This document shows positions 7,009 through 14,983 of a stretch of 32,045 nucleotides of DNA, piece by piece; position 1 is the first letter of the stretch, and every line of letters starts with the position of its first letter. Under the pieces are notes generated by a model that saw only the letters and a list, made by a program, of their open reading frames with translations, made no database searches and was not told the origin of the DNA. Source of the DNA: Archangium sp. (lineage in GTDB: Bacteria; Myxococcota; Myxococcia; Myxococcales; Myxococcaceae); assembly GCA_031367385.1 (NCBI GenBank), contig JANLPS010000348.1, positions 1 to 32,045 of the forward strand, written 5' to 3'. A program made the position numbers and the translations under genes.

Positions 7009-8778
7009 GTGCATCGTTTGCGGCCCACGCGCTCAAAGGCGCACACTTTCGAGAGGTTAGCGCTGGCGCCCGCCTTGCGTATCGCCGTCACCATCGACGG
7101 GGCGGCCACCCGGCAAACGATGCAGGGCTTCGGCGCCACCACGATCTCCCTCGTCTACAACACCAAAGACAACGTGCCTGCCCCTTTGCGCGCTGCTGCG
7201 AATGATCTCGCCTTCAAAGAGATCAAGCTGAACATGGGCAACCTCGAGGTCGAGCCAAGCGAGTCGCCCACGAGCAACGTCTACGCACCGGCCAATGACG
7301 ATGACGACCCGGCCACGCTGAACGCCAGCGGGTTCAATTGGGTGCAGTCAGACAACATGATGCAGAAAGTGGTGACGCCGGGCAAGGCGAGCGGCTTCAC
7401 GAACTTCTGGCTCGGCCCGTTGATCTCGACCACCTACGCGCTGGCCTGGGTCAACGCGTTCAAGTCGAGCAACCCCACCCGGTACCTCGAGGAGATCGCC
7501 GAGCACGTCTTCGCAGTGCTCAAACACTGGAAAGACACGTACGGCATTGACCAGCCCTTCGTTCAACTGTGGAACGAGCCAACCAGCGGCAACGGAGAGC
7601 TCAGTGGCGGCGGCAGCGTCGACCTGGTCAACATCGTCAAGGCCTGCGGAGCCCGGCTTCGGGCCGAAGGCTTCGCCACCAAGTTCGTCGTACCCGCGCA
7701 GGAGACCGAAGACATCTCGTTGCGCGACGCGACCGCGATACTCGCCGACCCGGTGGCGCGCCAATACGTCGGCGCGATCGCCTACCACCCGTACCCGTAT
7801 GGCTCGACCTACGCCTCGGTGCCGAACCTGTTGGCGAGCTCGGGGGCCGGCCAACCGGTGGCGGCCAAGGTCACCGTCCGCCAACAGCTTCGAGATCTCG
7901 GCGCGCAGTATGCGGTGCCGGTCTTCATGATCGAGGTCTCTCACAGCGAGCTGCCGTTCACCGATTTCGGCAACGTGCGCGGCCGGGCGATTCAGATTCA
8001 CGACGAGCTCGAATACGCCAACGCGGCGGCGTTCTTCGGCATGAACATGTTCTGGGACACCGTCTCTCACGCCGAGCACTTTCAGGGCCGCCCCGACCCC
8101 GGCTTCTGGAACGAGACCGACACACTGGTGCTCATCGATGTCGGAGCGGGCACCGCGAACATTTCTCCGATGGGCCGGGCAGTCGGTCACTTCGCACGGC
8201 ACATCAAGCCTGGCGCGGTACGCGTGCAGGCGACGAGCAGCGACCCGCTGGTGTTGGTGAGCGCCTTTCGTGACGACGCCACCAATCGGCAGGTGCTCGT
8301 GGCCATCAACAACGCGTCACAGCCGAAGGTGATCACCGTGGCGCTCAGCGGGTTGAAAGTTCAAGGCAGCGTGACTTTAGAGCAATCGACCGCCTCGGGC
8401 GCCTGGGTGCAGGTGACTCCGGTCGCCGTCACGACGGCGAGCTCGTACTCGATCACCGTGCCTGCGCTGAGCGTGACCAGCCTCGATGCGACCCTGTTCG
8501 GCGCGCCGAGCGACGCCGGCACGACGGTGCTCGATGCCGGTACGACGTCGTTCGATGCGGGGGTGACGCTCGACTCCGGCATGACGCCACTCGATGGCGG
8601 TCAGCCTCTCTTCGACGCCGGGAGCACCTCGGTCGACGCGGGCCCCGCCGACGCAGGGACCGCCCCAACGGCAAGCGGCCCGGTCGGCGGCCGTTGTGGC
8701 TGTACGGCGGCCCCCGCCTCAATGCTTTGGTGGGCCTTGGCCATGCTCCTCACTCGCCGTGGGACGGCGCGGCGCTGA
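7009..8778 (+). CDS. GH30-like (clan GH-A) glycoside hydrolase with C-terminal beta-sandwich, D-x-G linker and MYXO-CTERM-like anchor; start uncertain
   Basis: VTIDGAATRQTMQGFGA start motif, acid/base LWNEP, AYHPY, nucleophile VFMIE, GHFARHIKPGAVRV and LVSAF...VLVAIN. The tail reads GRCGCTAAPASMLWWALAMLLTRRGTARR. Confidence 0.85.
   Translation: MHRLRPTRSKAHTFERLALAPALRIAVTIDGAATRQTMQGFGATTISLVYNTKDNVPAPLRAAANDLAFKEIKLNMGNLEVEPSESPTSNVYAPANDDDDPATLNASGFNWVQSDNMMQKVVTPGKASGFTNFWLGPLISTTYALAWVNAFKSSNPTRYLEEIAEHVFAVLKHWKDTYGIDQPFVQLWNEPTSGNGELSGGGSVDLVNIVKACGARLRAEGFATKFVVPAQETEDISLRDATAILADPVARQYVGAIAYHPYPYGSTYASVPNLLASSGAGQPVAAKVTVRQQLRDLGAQYAVPVFMIEVSHSELPFTDFGNVRGRAIQIHDELEYANAAAFFGMNMFWDTVSHAEHFQGRPDPGFWNETDTLVLIDVGAGTANISPMGRAVGHFARHIKPGAVRVQATSSDPLVLVSAFRDDATNRQVLVAINNASQPKVITVALSGLKVQGSVTLEQSTASGAWVQVTPVAVTTASSYSITVPALSVTSLDATLFGAPSDAGTTVLDAGTTSFDAGVTLDSGMTPLDGGQPLFDAGSTSVDAGPADAGTAPTASGPVGGRCGCTAAPASMLWWALAMLLTRRGTARR
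8512..8658 (+). repeat. Coding repeat: eight D-[A/S/G]-G units at roughly 5-7 aa spacing
   Basis: DAGTTVL DAGTTSF DAGVTL DSGMTPL DGGQPLF DAGSTSV DAGPA DAG. Confidence 0.8.
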
Positions 8779-8822
8779 CGGGTTCGCTTGCGAAGAGACC
8801 TTCTCTTCGAAAGGGTGCCCAC

Positions 8823-9068
8823 GTGTCAGCCGATTCAGTCATTCCTCCGCGGCCGGCCATCGCCTCGCTCGAGAGCCGAGGTGTTTTCAGGGTCGCGCAA
8901 AAAGCGGCCGAGGTGACGAGGGCGTATCAGCAGCTCCTCGGGCGCGCCCCCACCTCGAGGGAGCTCGAGTACTGGGTGTCGATGACCGCCGCTCACCCGC
9001 ATGAGGTCGAGCGCAGAAACGACCTGTACAACCCGGTCGTGCTTCGAACGCTGTGCTCGCAGGGCTGA
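8823..9068 (+). CDS. Small hypothetical protein or remnant with a DUF4214-like motif
   Basis: VTRAYQQLLGRAPTSRELEYWVS resembles the DUF4214 consensus V..lY..lLgR.pd..gl.yW. GTG start is uncertain. Confidence 0.4.
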   Translation: MSADSVIPPRPAIASLESRGVFRVAQKAAEVTRAYQQLLGRAPTSRELEYWVSMTAAHPHEVERRNDLYNPVVLRTLCSQG

Positions 9069-9077
9069 GCGTGTGCC

Positions 9078-9587
9078 TTACTTGACCTTCGACGCCTCGG
9101 CGCGCTGGTGGCGGAGTGCTTCGTGGAGCTCGACCTGCTGCGCCTTGGTAAAGACCTCACCGGTTGCCTCGAGCGTCATGCCCGAGAACCCACCGACCTT
9201 CTTGTGCATCACGCCTTTGAGCACCGCGCGGTCGCCGTTGGCCGCGATGGCGACGCCGTAGACCGCCATGTTCCTGTTCCACAAATTGTTGCGGTGCGGA
9301 AACAGCAGGTACGTGTTGCCCGACTCGTCTTTGGTCGTCATCAGTGCTGGCGAATTGAAGGCCTCGGGCTGGGTGACGAAGAAATCTTTGAGCGGCTTCT
9401 CTTTCGAGCCCTGGGGGTCGAGGCCATTGGCGACGCGAAGCACTTCGCGGTTGTGATCGGGCCCCAGGTTGAACGGGTCGATGGTCGCGCTCTTCAGAAA
9501 CGCAGTGACGCTCGGAGGCACCGTGGGCGCACCCTCGGCCTCTTGGTTCGGTGCTGCGGTGCTGCCTGCGACGGGACCAACGGCCAT
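9078..9587 (-). CDS. Hypothetical protein (169 aa) with a low-complexity N-terminus
   Basis: Strong AAGGAG RBS before the ATG at 9587, GC3-rich codons, begins MAVGPVAGSTAAPNQEAEGAPTVPP. Confidence 0.7.
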   Translation of the reverse strand: MAVGPVAGSTAAPNQEAEGAPTVPPSVTAFLKSATIDPFNLGPDHNREVLRVANGLDPQGSKEKPLKDFFVTQPEAFNSPALMTTKDESGNTYLLFPHRNNLWNRNMAVYGVAIAANGDRAVLKGVMHKKVGGFSGMTLEATGEVFTKAQQVELHEALRHQRAEASKVK

Positions 9588-9714
9588 GAGCGAGCTCCTT
9601 CGAAGACGTGAACGCGCTCGGGATACCACCAAAGCCCCACGCTCGCGAAATGCGCCCTGTCTTCTCGGGTTTCGAGAAACGTCGTTCGGCAATTTTCTGG
9701 CGTTTCAGTGCGTA

Positions 9715-9730
9715 CTGAACAAATATTCAG
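9715..9730. promoter_or_regulatory. Putative myxobacterial LexA (SOS) box
   Basis: CTGAACAAATATTCAG. The reverse strand CTGAATATTTGTTCAGT matches the Myxococcus consensus CTRHAMRYBYGTTCAGS, as I recall it, at 15/17. It ends 5 nt before the ATG at 9736. Confidence 0.65.
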
Positions 9731-9735
9731 TCACC

Positions 9736-10167
9736 ATGAACGACCTCGAACTCATTGCTCCAGATGTCGCGCAGCTCATTCTTCTCTTCTCGGCGCAGCC
9801 AGACCTCCGCTTCCCTGACCTCGATGCGAAGGTGCTTCATGAGGCCGTCGCGCGGGTCAAAGAGACCTCACTCGAGGTGGCCGAGGCCGAAGCGAATCTG
9901 CAGGCGACGAAGGGAGTGCTCGAGCGCGAGCACGAAACCCTGCTACGGCTGGCGCAGCGGGCCCACGCCTACTTGAAGGTCTTCGCCGAGGCTGACGAGC
10001 GGCTGAGCGAGCAGGTCGAAGCCATCTCTCTGCCCAGGCTCCGGCGAACGGCCGTCGTCAAAGCCGAGACCGGAGCAGACCTCGCTGTCGCCCCGAAGCG
10101 TCGCGGGCGCCCGAGAAAAGACAGCACCGCGCCCTCGCTCTTCGAAGAGGCGGCCGCTTCGAGCTGA
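9736..10167 (+). CDS. Coiled-coil protein with a C-terminal AT-hook motif
   Basis: LRFPDLD, a heptad-rich helix VKETSLEVAEAEANLQATKGVLEREHETLLRLAQRAHAYLKVFAE, and PKRRGRPRK. Confidence 0.75.
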   Translation: MNDLELIAPDVAQLILLFSAQPDLRFPDLDAKVLHEAVARVKETSLEVAEAEANLQATKGVLEREHETLLRLAQRAHAYLKVFAEADERLSEQVEAISLPRLRRTAVVKAETGADLAVAPKRRGRPRKDSTAPSLFEEAAASS

Positions 10168-10444
10168 ACGTTCTTCTCGGTGAAGTCATGACAGACCTGT
10201 GGCCATGCCACTCAAAGCTAACTCCGGTCGTCGCCTTCGAATTCATCGCGTTCGTCGCGACGCTCGTGCTCTACGCAGCGCGACCCGACCAGACACCGAG
10301 GGGAGCGATTCACGCCTTGGTCTGGCCGCGGGAGACAATTCATTGACCGTGATGACCCCATTGATTCTCAGCCAGTGGGCTCGAACCGGGCTGCAGGCCA
10401 CGCGAGTCGCGCTGCTCCTGTGGCTGGAGACCCGCGTCTCAACA

Positions 10445-11656
10445 TCAGGGCAAGGCGAGCACCTTCCTCAGTGGCCCGCGTGAGACTCCCGCCATCGCCT
10501 CGACCATTTGCCTGCGTACGAAAGGTATTGAGGTCGAGGGCCCGAAGAGCGCGTCGCGAAAGAGGCCGAGCGGCCACGCGCTCGACTGAAAAAACGGAGT
10601 CAGCCACCGGGTGATGAACTGGTACCACCCCAGGTGCGAGCGGCGCGCGCTCGAGTAGGCGAACAGCGCGTCATGAAGCACCTCGTGACCTGCGAGGCTC
10701 TGTGAGAGCACCCATGCATCGAGCAAGGCGAGGTTGCACCCCTGACCCAGCTGAGGGCTCGTCGCGTGCGCGGCGTCTCCCAGATACACCACGCGCCCGG
10801 TGTTCCACGGCCACATCACGACGTCGTGGTACTCGCTGAAGAGCAGGTCATCAGCGCTCTGAAGCTGCGACACGATGGGCCCCGCATCGGGCAAATCGCT
10901 GACCACGCCTGCACGCCACGCTTCGAAGTCACCGGAGCGAAATGCGTCGAGCTCGTCGGCCCGAAGGCTGAAGAAGAGCGAGATGAGCCGCTCGGAGCCG
11001 TGGCGCGGGCCTCTCCCCGTCGGCAGCAACCCAATCAGCCGCCGGGTGCCATTCACCACCTGCCTCAACACGCGCCGGGGCTCGCTCGCCGGGTCTGGCA
11101 ACACCGCCCACAGGGCTCCCCAGGCATACTTCTCGACGTACTTGGTGTGCGCGGTGTCATCACGCAGCGACGAGCGCGCTCCGTTGCAGACCACCACCAT
11201 CTCGTGCTCGTGACGCGCTCCGGTGCCGCGTTCGATCAACGTCACCCCCTTCGGTGACTCATCGAGCGAATCGAGCCCGACTCCCAGCTTGAGCGTCACT
11301 CCCGATTGCGCACGGGCGGCGTTGAACAGCGTTTGAAACAGCACGCCGCGGTGGAGCCCCAGCCCGAAACCCCCAGGCACCGCCACCTGGTACGAGAGGT
11401 CGACCACCGTTCGGCCCGACGGCGTGGTGCACCACAGGCGATCGAGCCGGTCGGCGTGGTCGAGAATCGCCTGGTCGAGGCCGAGCAACGACATCACCGC
11501 CAACCCGGTGGGCTGCAGCACGATGCCGGCGCCCACTGGGTGCGGGTCGAGCACGTGCTCGTACAAGGTGACCCGATGCCCGGCGCGCGCCAAGAAGAGG
11601 GCGGCGGCGCTGCCTGCCGTTCCCGCTCCGACGATGGCGATGTCGAGCGCGGGCAT
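10445..11656 (-). CDS. FAD-dependent monooxygenase (UbiH/salicylate hydroxylase-like)
   Basis: DIAIVGAGTAG (GxGxxG), VVCNGARSSLR (DG motif variant) and LGDAAHATSPQLGQGCNLALLDA. Confidence 0.9.
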   Translation of the reverse strand: MPALDIAIVGAGTAGSAAALFLARAGHRVTLYEHVLDPHPVGAGIVLQPTGLAVMSLLGLDQAILDHADRLDRLWCTTPSGRTVVDLSYQVAVPGGFGLGLHRGVLFQTLFNAARAQSGVTLKLGVGLDSLDESPKGVTLIERGTGARHEHEMVVVCNGARSSLRDDTAHTKYVEKYAWGALWAVLPDPASEPRRVLRQVVNGTRRLIGLLPTGRGPRHGSERLISLFFSLRADELDAFRSGDFEAWRAGVVSDLPDAGPIVSQLQSADDLLFSEYHDVVMWPWNTGRVVYLGDAAHATSPQLGQGCNLALLDAWVLSQSLAGHEVLHDALFAYSSARRSHLGWYQFITRWLTPFFQSSAWPLGLFRDALFGPSTSIPFVRRQMVEAMAGVSRGPLRKVLALP

Positions 11657-11893
11657 CAAACCCGACGCACCATCGCAGAAGCTTCGCTCCGGTGCTCTTC
11701 TTCTCGGGCCTGAGTACGAGGCAGGTGGTGATGTCGTAGACGACAGCACACCTTCGGCGTCACTTCATTTCACCGTGGGCGCTGACGATGCGGCCACCCG
11801 CACGGAGGTCACCTGCAGGTCGATGGTGGTGTGCACAGCGCAGCCCATCGCCAAAATCGCGCAGTGTCGCCACCAGCCCCCGCTCAGGCCCGA

Positions 11894-13312
11894 CTACCGC
11901 GCAGCGCCGAAGCGCTTGAACGGCCGTTTCGAAGCGCCGCCGCCTCCGCCTCCAGCGCTGCTGCTGCCCCCACGACCGCCGCTGCTGCTGCTGCCGCCGC
12001 GCCCGCCGCTGCTGCCACCGCTCGAGCCGCGGTTGAAACGGCCGCGGTTGCGATTCTCATTCGCATCATCATCACGCCGTTGCCCGGCAGGCTCGGCCAC
12101 CGCGAGCTTGGCGACCAGGTCTTTGAGCACCGCGTCTTGCTCGTCGATTCGCTCGGGCATGATTCGCTGACGAATCACCCGTTCGATCGGCGCCCACAAC
12201 TTTCGCTCCTCGTTGCTGATGAACGAAATCGCGGTGCCCGACCCCTCGGCGCGGCCGGTGCGACCGATGCGGTGCACGTAGTCTTCTGGGTTTCGCGGCA
12301 GGTCGATGTTCAGCACCAGGGCGATGTCTTTCACGTCGATGCCGCGCGCGGCCAGGTCGGTCGCCACCAGCACCCGTGCATGCCCCGAGCGAAAGCTGTC
12401 GAGCGCGGCTTTTCGCTGCGCCTGCGACCGGTCAGAGTGAAGCCGGCCCACGCCCTCGCCCAGCCGCTCGAGCTTCTTGGCGAACTTATCGGCACGGCCA
12501 CGGGTGCGAACGAACACCAGCACCCGCCCCGCCTCGCTCTTGAGCAGCGTCGCCAGCAGCGCCAGCTTCAGGTCATCGCGCACCAGCCACGCCTTCTGCT
12601 CGACCTTCGCCGCCGTGGTACCCGACGGGGCCACGCCGACGCTGGTCGGCGCGTTCATGTGCCGGTTCGCGAACCGGGTGACCTCGGGGCTCATCGTGGC
12701 TGAGAAGAGCATCGACTGCCGCTTCTTCGGCAGCGCCTGCAACACCCGCTCGAGCTGCGGAGCACACCCCATATCGAGCATGCGGTCGGCCTCATCGAGC
12801 ACCAAGGTGTGAATGTTCTGCATCGTCAACGTGCGCTGCTGGAGGTGATCGACCAACCGGCCCGGCGTCGCGATGATCACCGGCAGCCGTTGCCGCAGAA
12901 GCCCGCGCTGGGGGTTGATCGGCACGCCGCCAATCAGCACCACGCTCAACGGGCGGGTCGAGCCCGAGAGCCGCTGCAGCTCGGTGTGAATCTGCAGCGC
13001 CAACTCACGGGTCGGCGCCAGCACCAACGCCACGTGCTGATCATTCGGCTTGAGCCGCTCGAGCATCGGCAGCACGAACGCGGCGGTTTTGCCGGTGCCC
13101 GTCTGGGCAGTGCCGATGACGTCGCCGCCGCCAATCGCGATGGGTATCGCCTTCGCCTGAATCGGCGTCGGGGCTTCGAAACCGAGCGATTCAAGCGACT
13201 TGAGCGAGCTCGCGCTCAGCCCCAACGAGGCAAAGGTGATGATGGGAGCGGCGCCCGGCAGAGGGGGAGACGCTCGCGGCGCCGAAGCGCGCGGGAGATG
13301 AGAGTTCGGCAT
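11894..13312 (-). CDS. DEAD-box ATP-dependent RNA helicase (RhlE-like) with a Gly/Ser/Arg-rich tail
   Basis: Q motif GFEAPTPIQ, AQTGTGKT, PTRELA, TPGRL, DEAD, SAT, ARGID and HRIGRTGR. GGAG precedes ATG 13312; alternative start at 13342. Confidence 0.93.
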   Translation of the reverse strand: MPNSHLPRASAPRASPPLPGAAPIITFASLGLSASSLKSLESLGFEAPTPIQAKAIPIAIGGGDVIGTAQTGTGKTAAFVLPMLERLKPNDQHVALVLAPTRELALQIHTELQRLSGSTRPLSVVLIGGVPINPQRGLLRQRLPVIIATPGRLVDHLQQRTLTMQNIHTLVLDEADRMLDMGCAPQLERVLQALPKKRQSMLFSATMSPEVTRFANRHMNAPTSVGVAPSGTTAAKVEQKAWLVRDDLKLALLATLLKSEAGRVLVFVRTRGRADKFAKKLERLGEGVGRLHSDRSQAQRKAALDSFRSGHARVLVATDLAARGIDVKDIALVLNIDLPRNPEDYVHRIGRTGRAEGSGTAISFISNEERKLWAPIERVIRQRIMPERIDEQDAVLKDLVAKLAVAEPAGQRRDDDANENRNRGRFNRGSSGGSSGGRGGSSSSGGRGGSSSAGGGGGGASKRPFKRFGAAR

Positions 13313-13427
13313 GGTGCTCCAAAGCAACAGGAGCCGCTGCATGCGAGTCCTTAAGTGAAAGCTCCCCTACCGCACCTTGAGCCGTCTGACCACGTCGGCG
13401 CTCGGGCGTGATAAAGCCTCGGGCCTA

Positions 13428-14846
13428 ATGAATGCCCCAGCCAACGACGTCAGAGGGCGCATTCTGGTCGTTGACGACCAGCGAAACATGCGCGCGACCA
13501 CTGCTCTGCTGCTGCGCTCCGAAGGCTTCGTGGTCGACGAATGTGGCACCGGTGAAGAGGCCGTCACGCTGCTCGGTGGCACGCCGATCGACTTGATGCT
13601 CACCGACTTGAAGATGGAGCCGATGGACGGGCTCCAGCTGCTCAAGCGCGCGATGGACATTGCTCCGCAGACGCAGGTCATCGTGATGACCGCGCACGGC
13701 AGCATCGAGACCGCGGTCGAAGCGATGCGCCGCGGCGCGTACGACTACATCACCAAGCCGTTCAAAGACGGCGAGCTCGTTCACCGGGTGACCAAGGCCC
13801 TCGAGCGGGCCCGGCTGGTCAGCGCGGTCAACCTCTTCGCTGGCGAGTTCAGCCAACGCCACGGCCTCTCGTCGCTGATCGGCAAGTCGCAGGCGATGCG
13901 CGAGCTCACCGGTCGCATCTCAAAAGTCGCCACCAGCGACGCCACCGTGCTGGTCGGAGGCGAATCAGGCACCGGCAAAGAGCTCGTCGCCCGCGCGATT
14001 CACGCGCTCAGCCGCCGCAACACGCACCCCTTCGTGCCGATCAACTGCGCCGCAATCACCGAGAGCCTGCTCGAGAGCGAGCTGTTCGGCCACGCCAAGG
14101 GCGCCTTCACCGGCGCGGTCAAGACCCGGCGCGGGTTGTTCGAAGAAGCGCATGGCGGCACCCTCTTCATCGACGAGGTCACCGAAACCACTCCGGCGTT
14201 TCAATCGAAGCTGCTGCGCGTGCTGCAAGAAGGCGAGGTGCGGCGGGTGGGCGAGAACACCGCGATGCAGGTCGACGTTCGCACCGTCGCCGCCACCAAC
14301 CGCGACATCGAGCGCGACGTGAACGACAAGCGCTTTCGCCAAGACCTCTTCTACCGCCTCGCGGTCGTCACCCTGACCGTACCGGCCCTCCGCGAGCGCC
14401 TCGAAGACGTGCCGTTGCTGGCGGCGCACTTTCTCGAGCGCGCCAACGCTCGTAACCGCCGTCAACACCGGCTGGCGAGCTCGGCCGTCGAGCACCTGAT
14501 GACCTACAATTTCCCCGGCAACGTTCGCGAGCTCGAGAACCTCGTCGAGCAGGCCGCGGCGTTGGCTGAAGGCGATGAGCTGCTGCCTGAAGACTTTCCG
14601 CTCCGCCGCCGGGCGGTCGATGCGCAGCCCACCAGCTCAGCGGTCTCGGCTGGCAGCCCCGTGCAGAGCCTCGCTGACGCCGTGACCGAGGCTGAACGCC
14701 GAGCGATTGGGTCGGCCCTGGAGCAGTCGGGCCACGATCTCTCGCGGGTGGCCGAAGTGCTCGGCATCTCCGCCACGACCCTTTGGCGAAAGATGAAGCG
14801 CCTCAGCCTCAAGACCAGCGCCGAAGAACCTCGAGAAACGACGTAA
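13428..14846 (+). CDS. Sigma-54-dependent response regulator (REC-AAA+-Fis HTH); probable PxrR/Nla19 orthologue by synteny
   Basis: ILVVDD, TDLKM (phospho-acceptor Asp), GESGTGKE, ESELFGHAKGAFTGA, FPGNVREL and GISATTLWRKMK. Lies immediately upstream of the Pxr-like sRNA. Confidence 0.93.
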   Translation: MNAPANDVRGRILVVDDQRNMRATTALLLRSEGFVVDECGTGEEAVTLLGGTPIDLMLTDLKMEPMDGLQLLKRAMDIAPQTQVIVMTAHGSIETAVEAMRRGAYDYITKPFKDGELVHRVTKALERARLVSAVNLFAGEFSQRHGLSSLIGKSQAMRELTGRISKVATSDATVLVGGESGTGKELVARAIHALSRRNTHPFVPINCAAITESLLESELFGHAKGAFTGAVKTRRGLFEEAHGGTLFIDEVTETTPAFQSKLLRVLQEGEVRRVGENTAMQVDVRTVAATNRDIERDVNDKRFRQDLFYRLAVVTLTVPALRERLEDVPLLAAHFLERANARNRRQHRLASSAVEHLMTYNFPGNVRELENLVEQAAALAEGDELLPEDFPLRRRAVDAQPTSSAVSAGSPVQSLADAVTEAERRAIGSALEQSGHDLSRVAEVLGISATTLWRKMKRLSLKTSAEEPRETT

Positions 14847-14852
14847 CCCTCC

Positions 14853-14883
14853 GTTTCTAAACAAGAAGTTCATATTTGAAATA
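14853..14883. promoter_or_regulatory. Candidate enhancer (bEBP-binding) sites for the sigma-54 promoter
   Basis: AT-rich block GTTTCTAAACAAGAAGTTCATATTTGAAATA containing TTCA-TATT-TGAA (14869-14880), about 75-105 bp upstream of the -24 element. Confidence 0.45.
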
Positions 14884-14926
14884 ATGTGGTTGCAGGGCTG
14901 AAAGGTTTTACCCCTGGTGGCTGGCT

Positions 14927-14939
14927 CAACTCATTGAAT
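14927..14939 (-). promoter_or_regulatory. IHF-like binding site between enhancer and promoter
   Basis: Minus strand ATTCAATGAGTTG versus consensus WATCAANNNNTTR, one mismatch. Confidence 0.5.
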
Positions 14940-14957
14940 TTCTTCGCAAAGTCGAGC

Positions 14958-14973
14958 TGGCACGCTCCTGGCT
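14958..14973 (+). promoter_or_regulatory. Sigma-54 (-24/-12) promoter of the sRNA
   Basis: TGGCACGCTCCTGGCT has GG-N10-GC spacing and a perfect TGGCACG -24 box. Confidence 0.8.
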
Positions 14974-14983
14974 ACATGTTTGG

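Noticed and set aside
9600..9700. Sigma-28-like promoter for the 9587 gene (GCCGAACG or CCCGAGAA on the minus strand)
   Set aside because: There is no acceptable -35 element at 15-nt spacing.
11930..12030. GCC/GCT-rich tandem-like repeats suggesting a poly-Ala or poly-Pro ORF
   Set aside because: They encode the Gly/Ser/Arg disordered tail of the minus-strand DEAD-box helicase, which is common in this family.
12764..12800. DEADRMLDMGC instead of the usual DMGF in the helicase
   Set aside because: It is a single substitution outside the catalytic residues, and all core motifs are intact.
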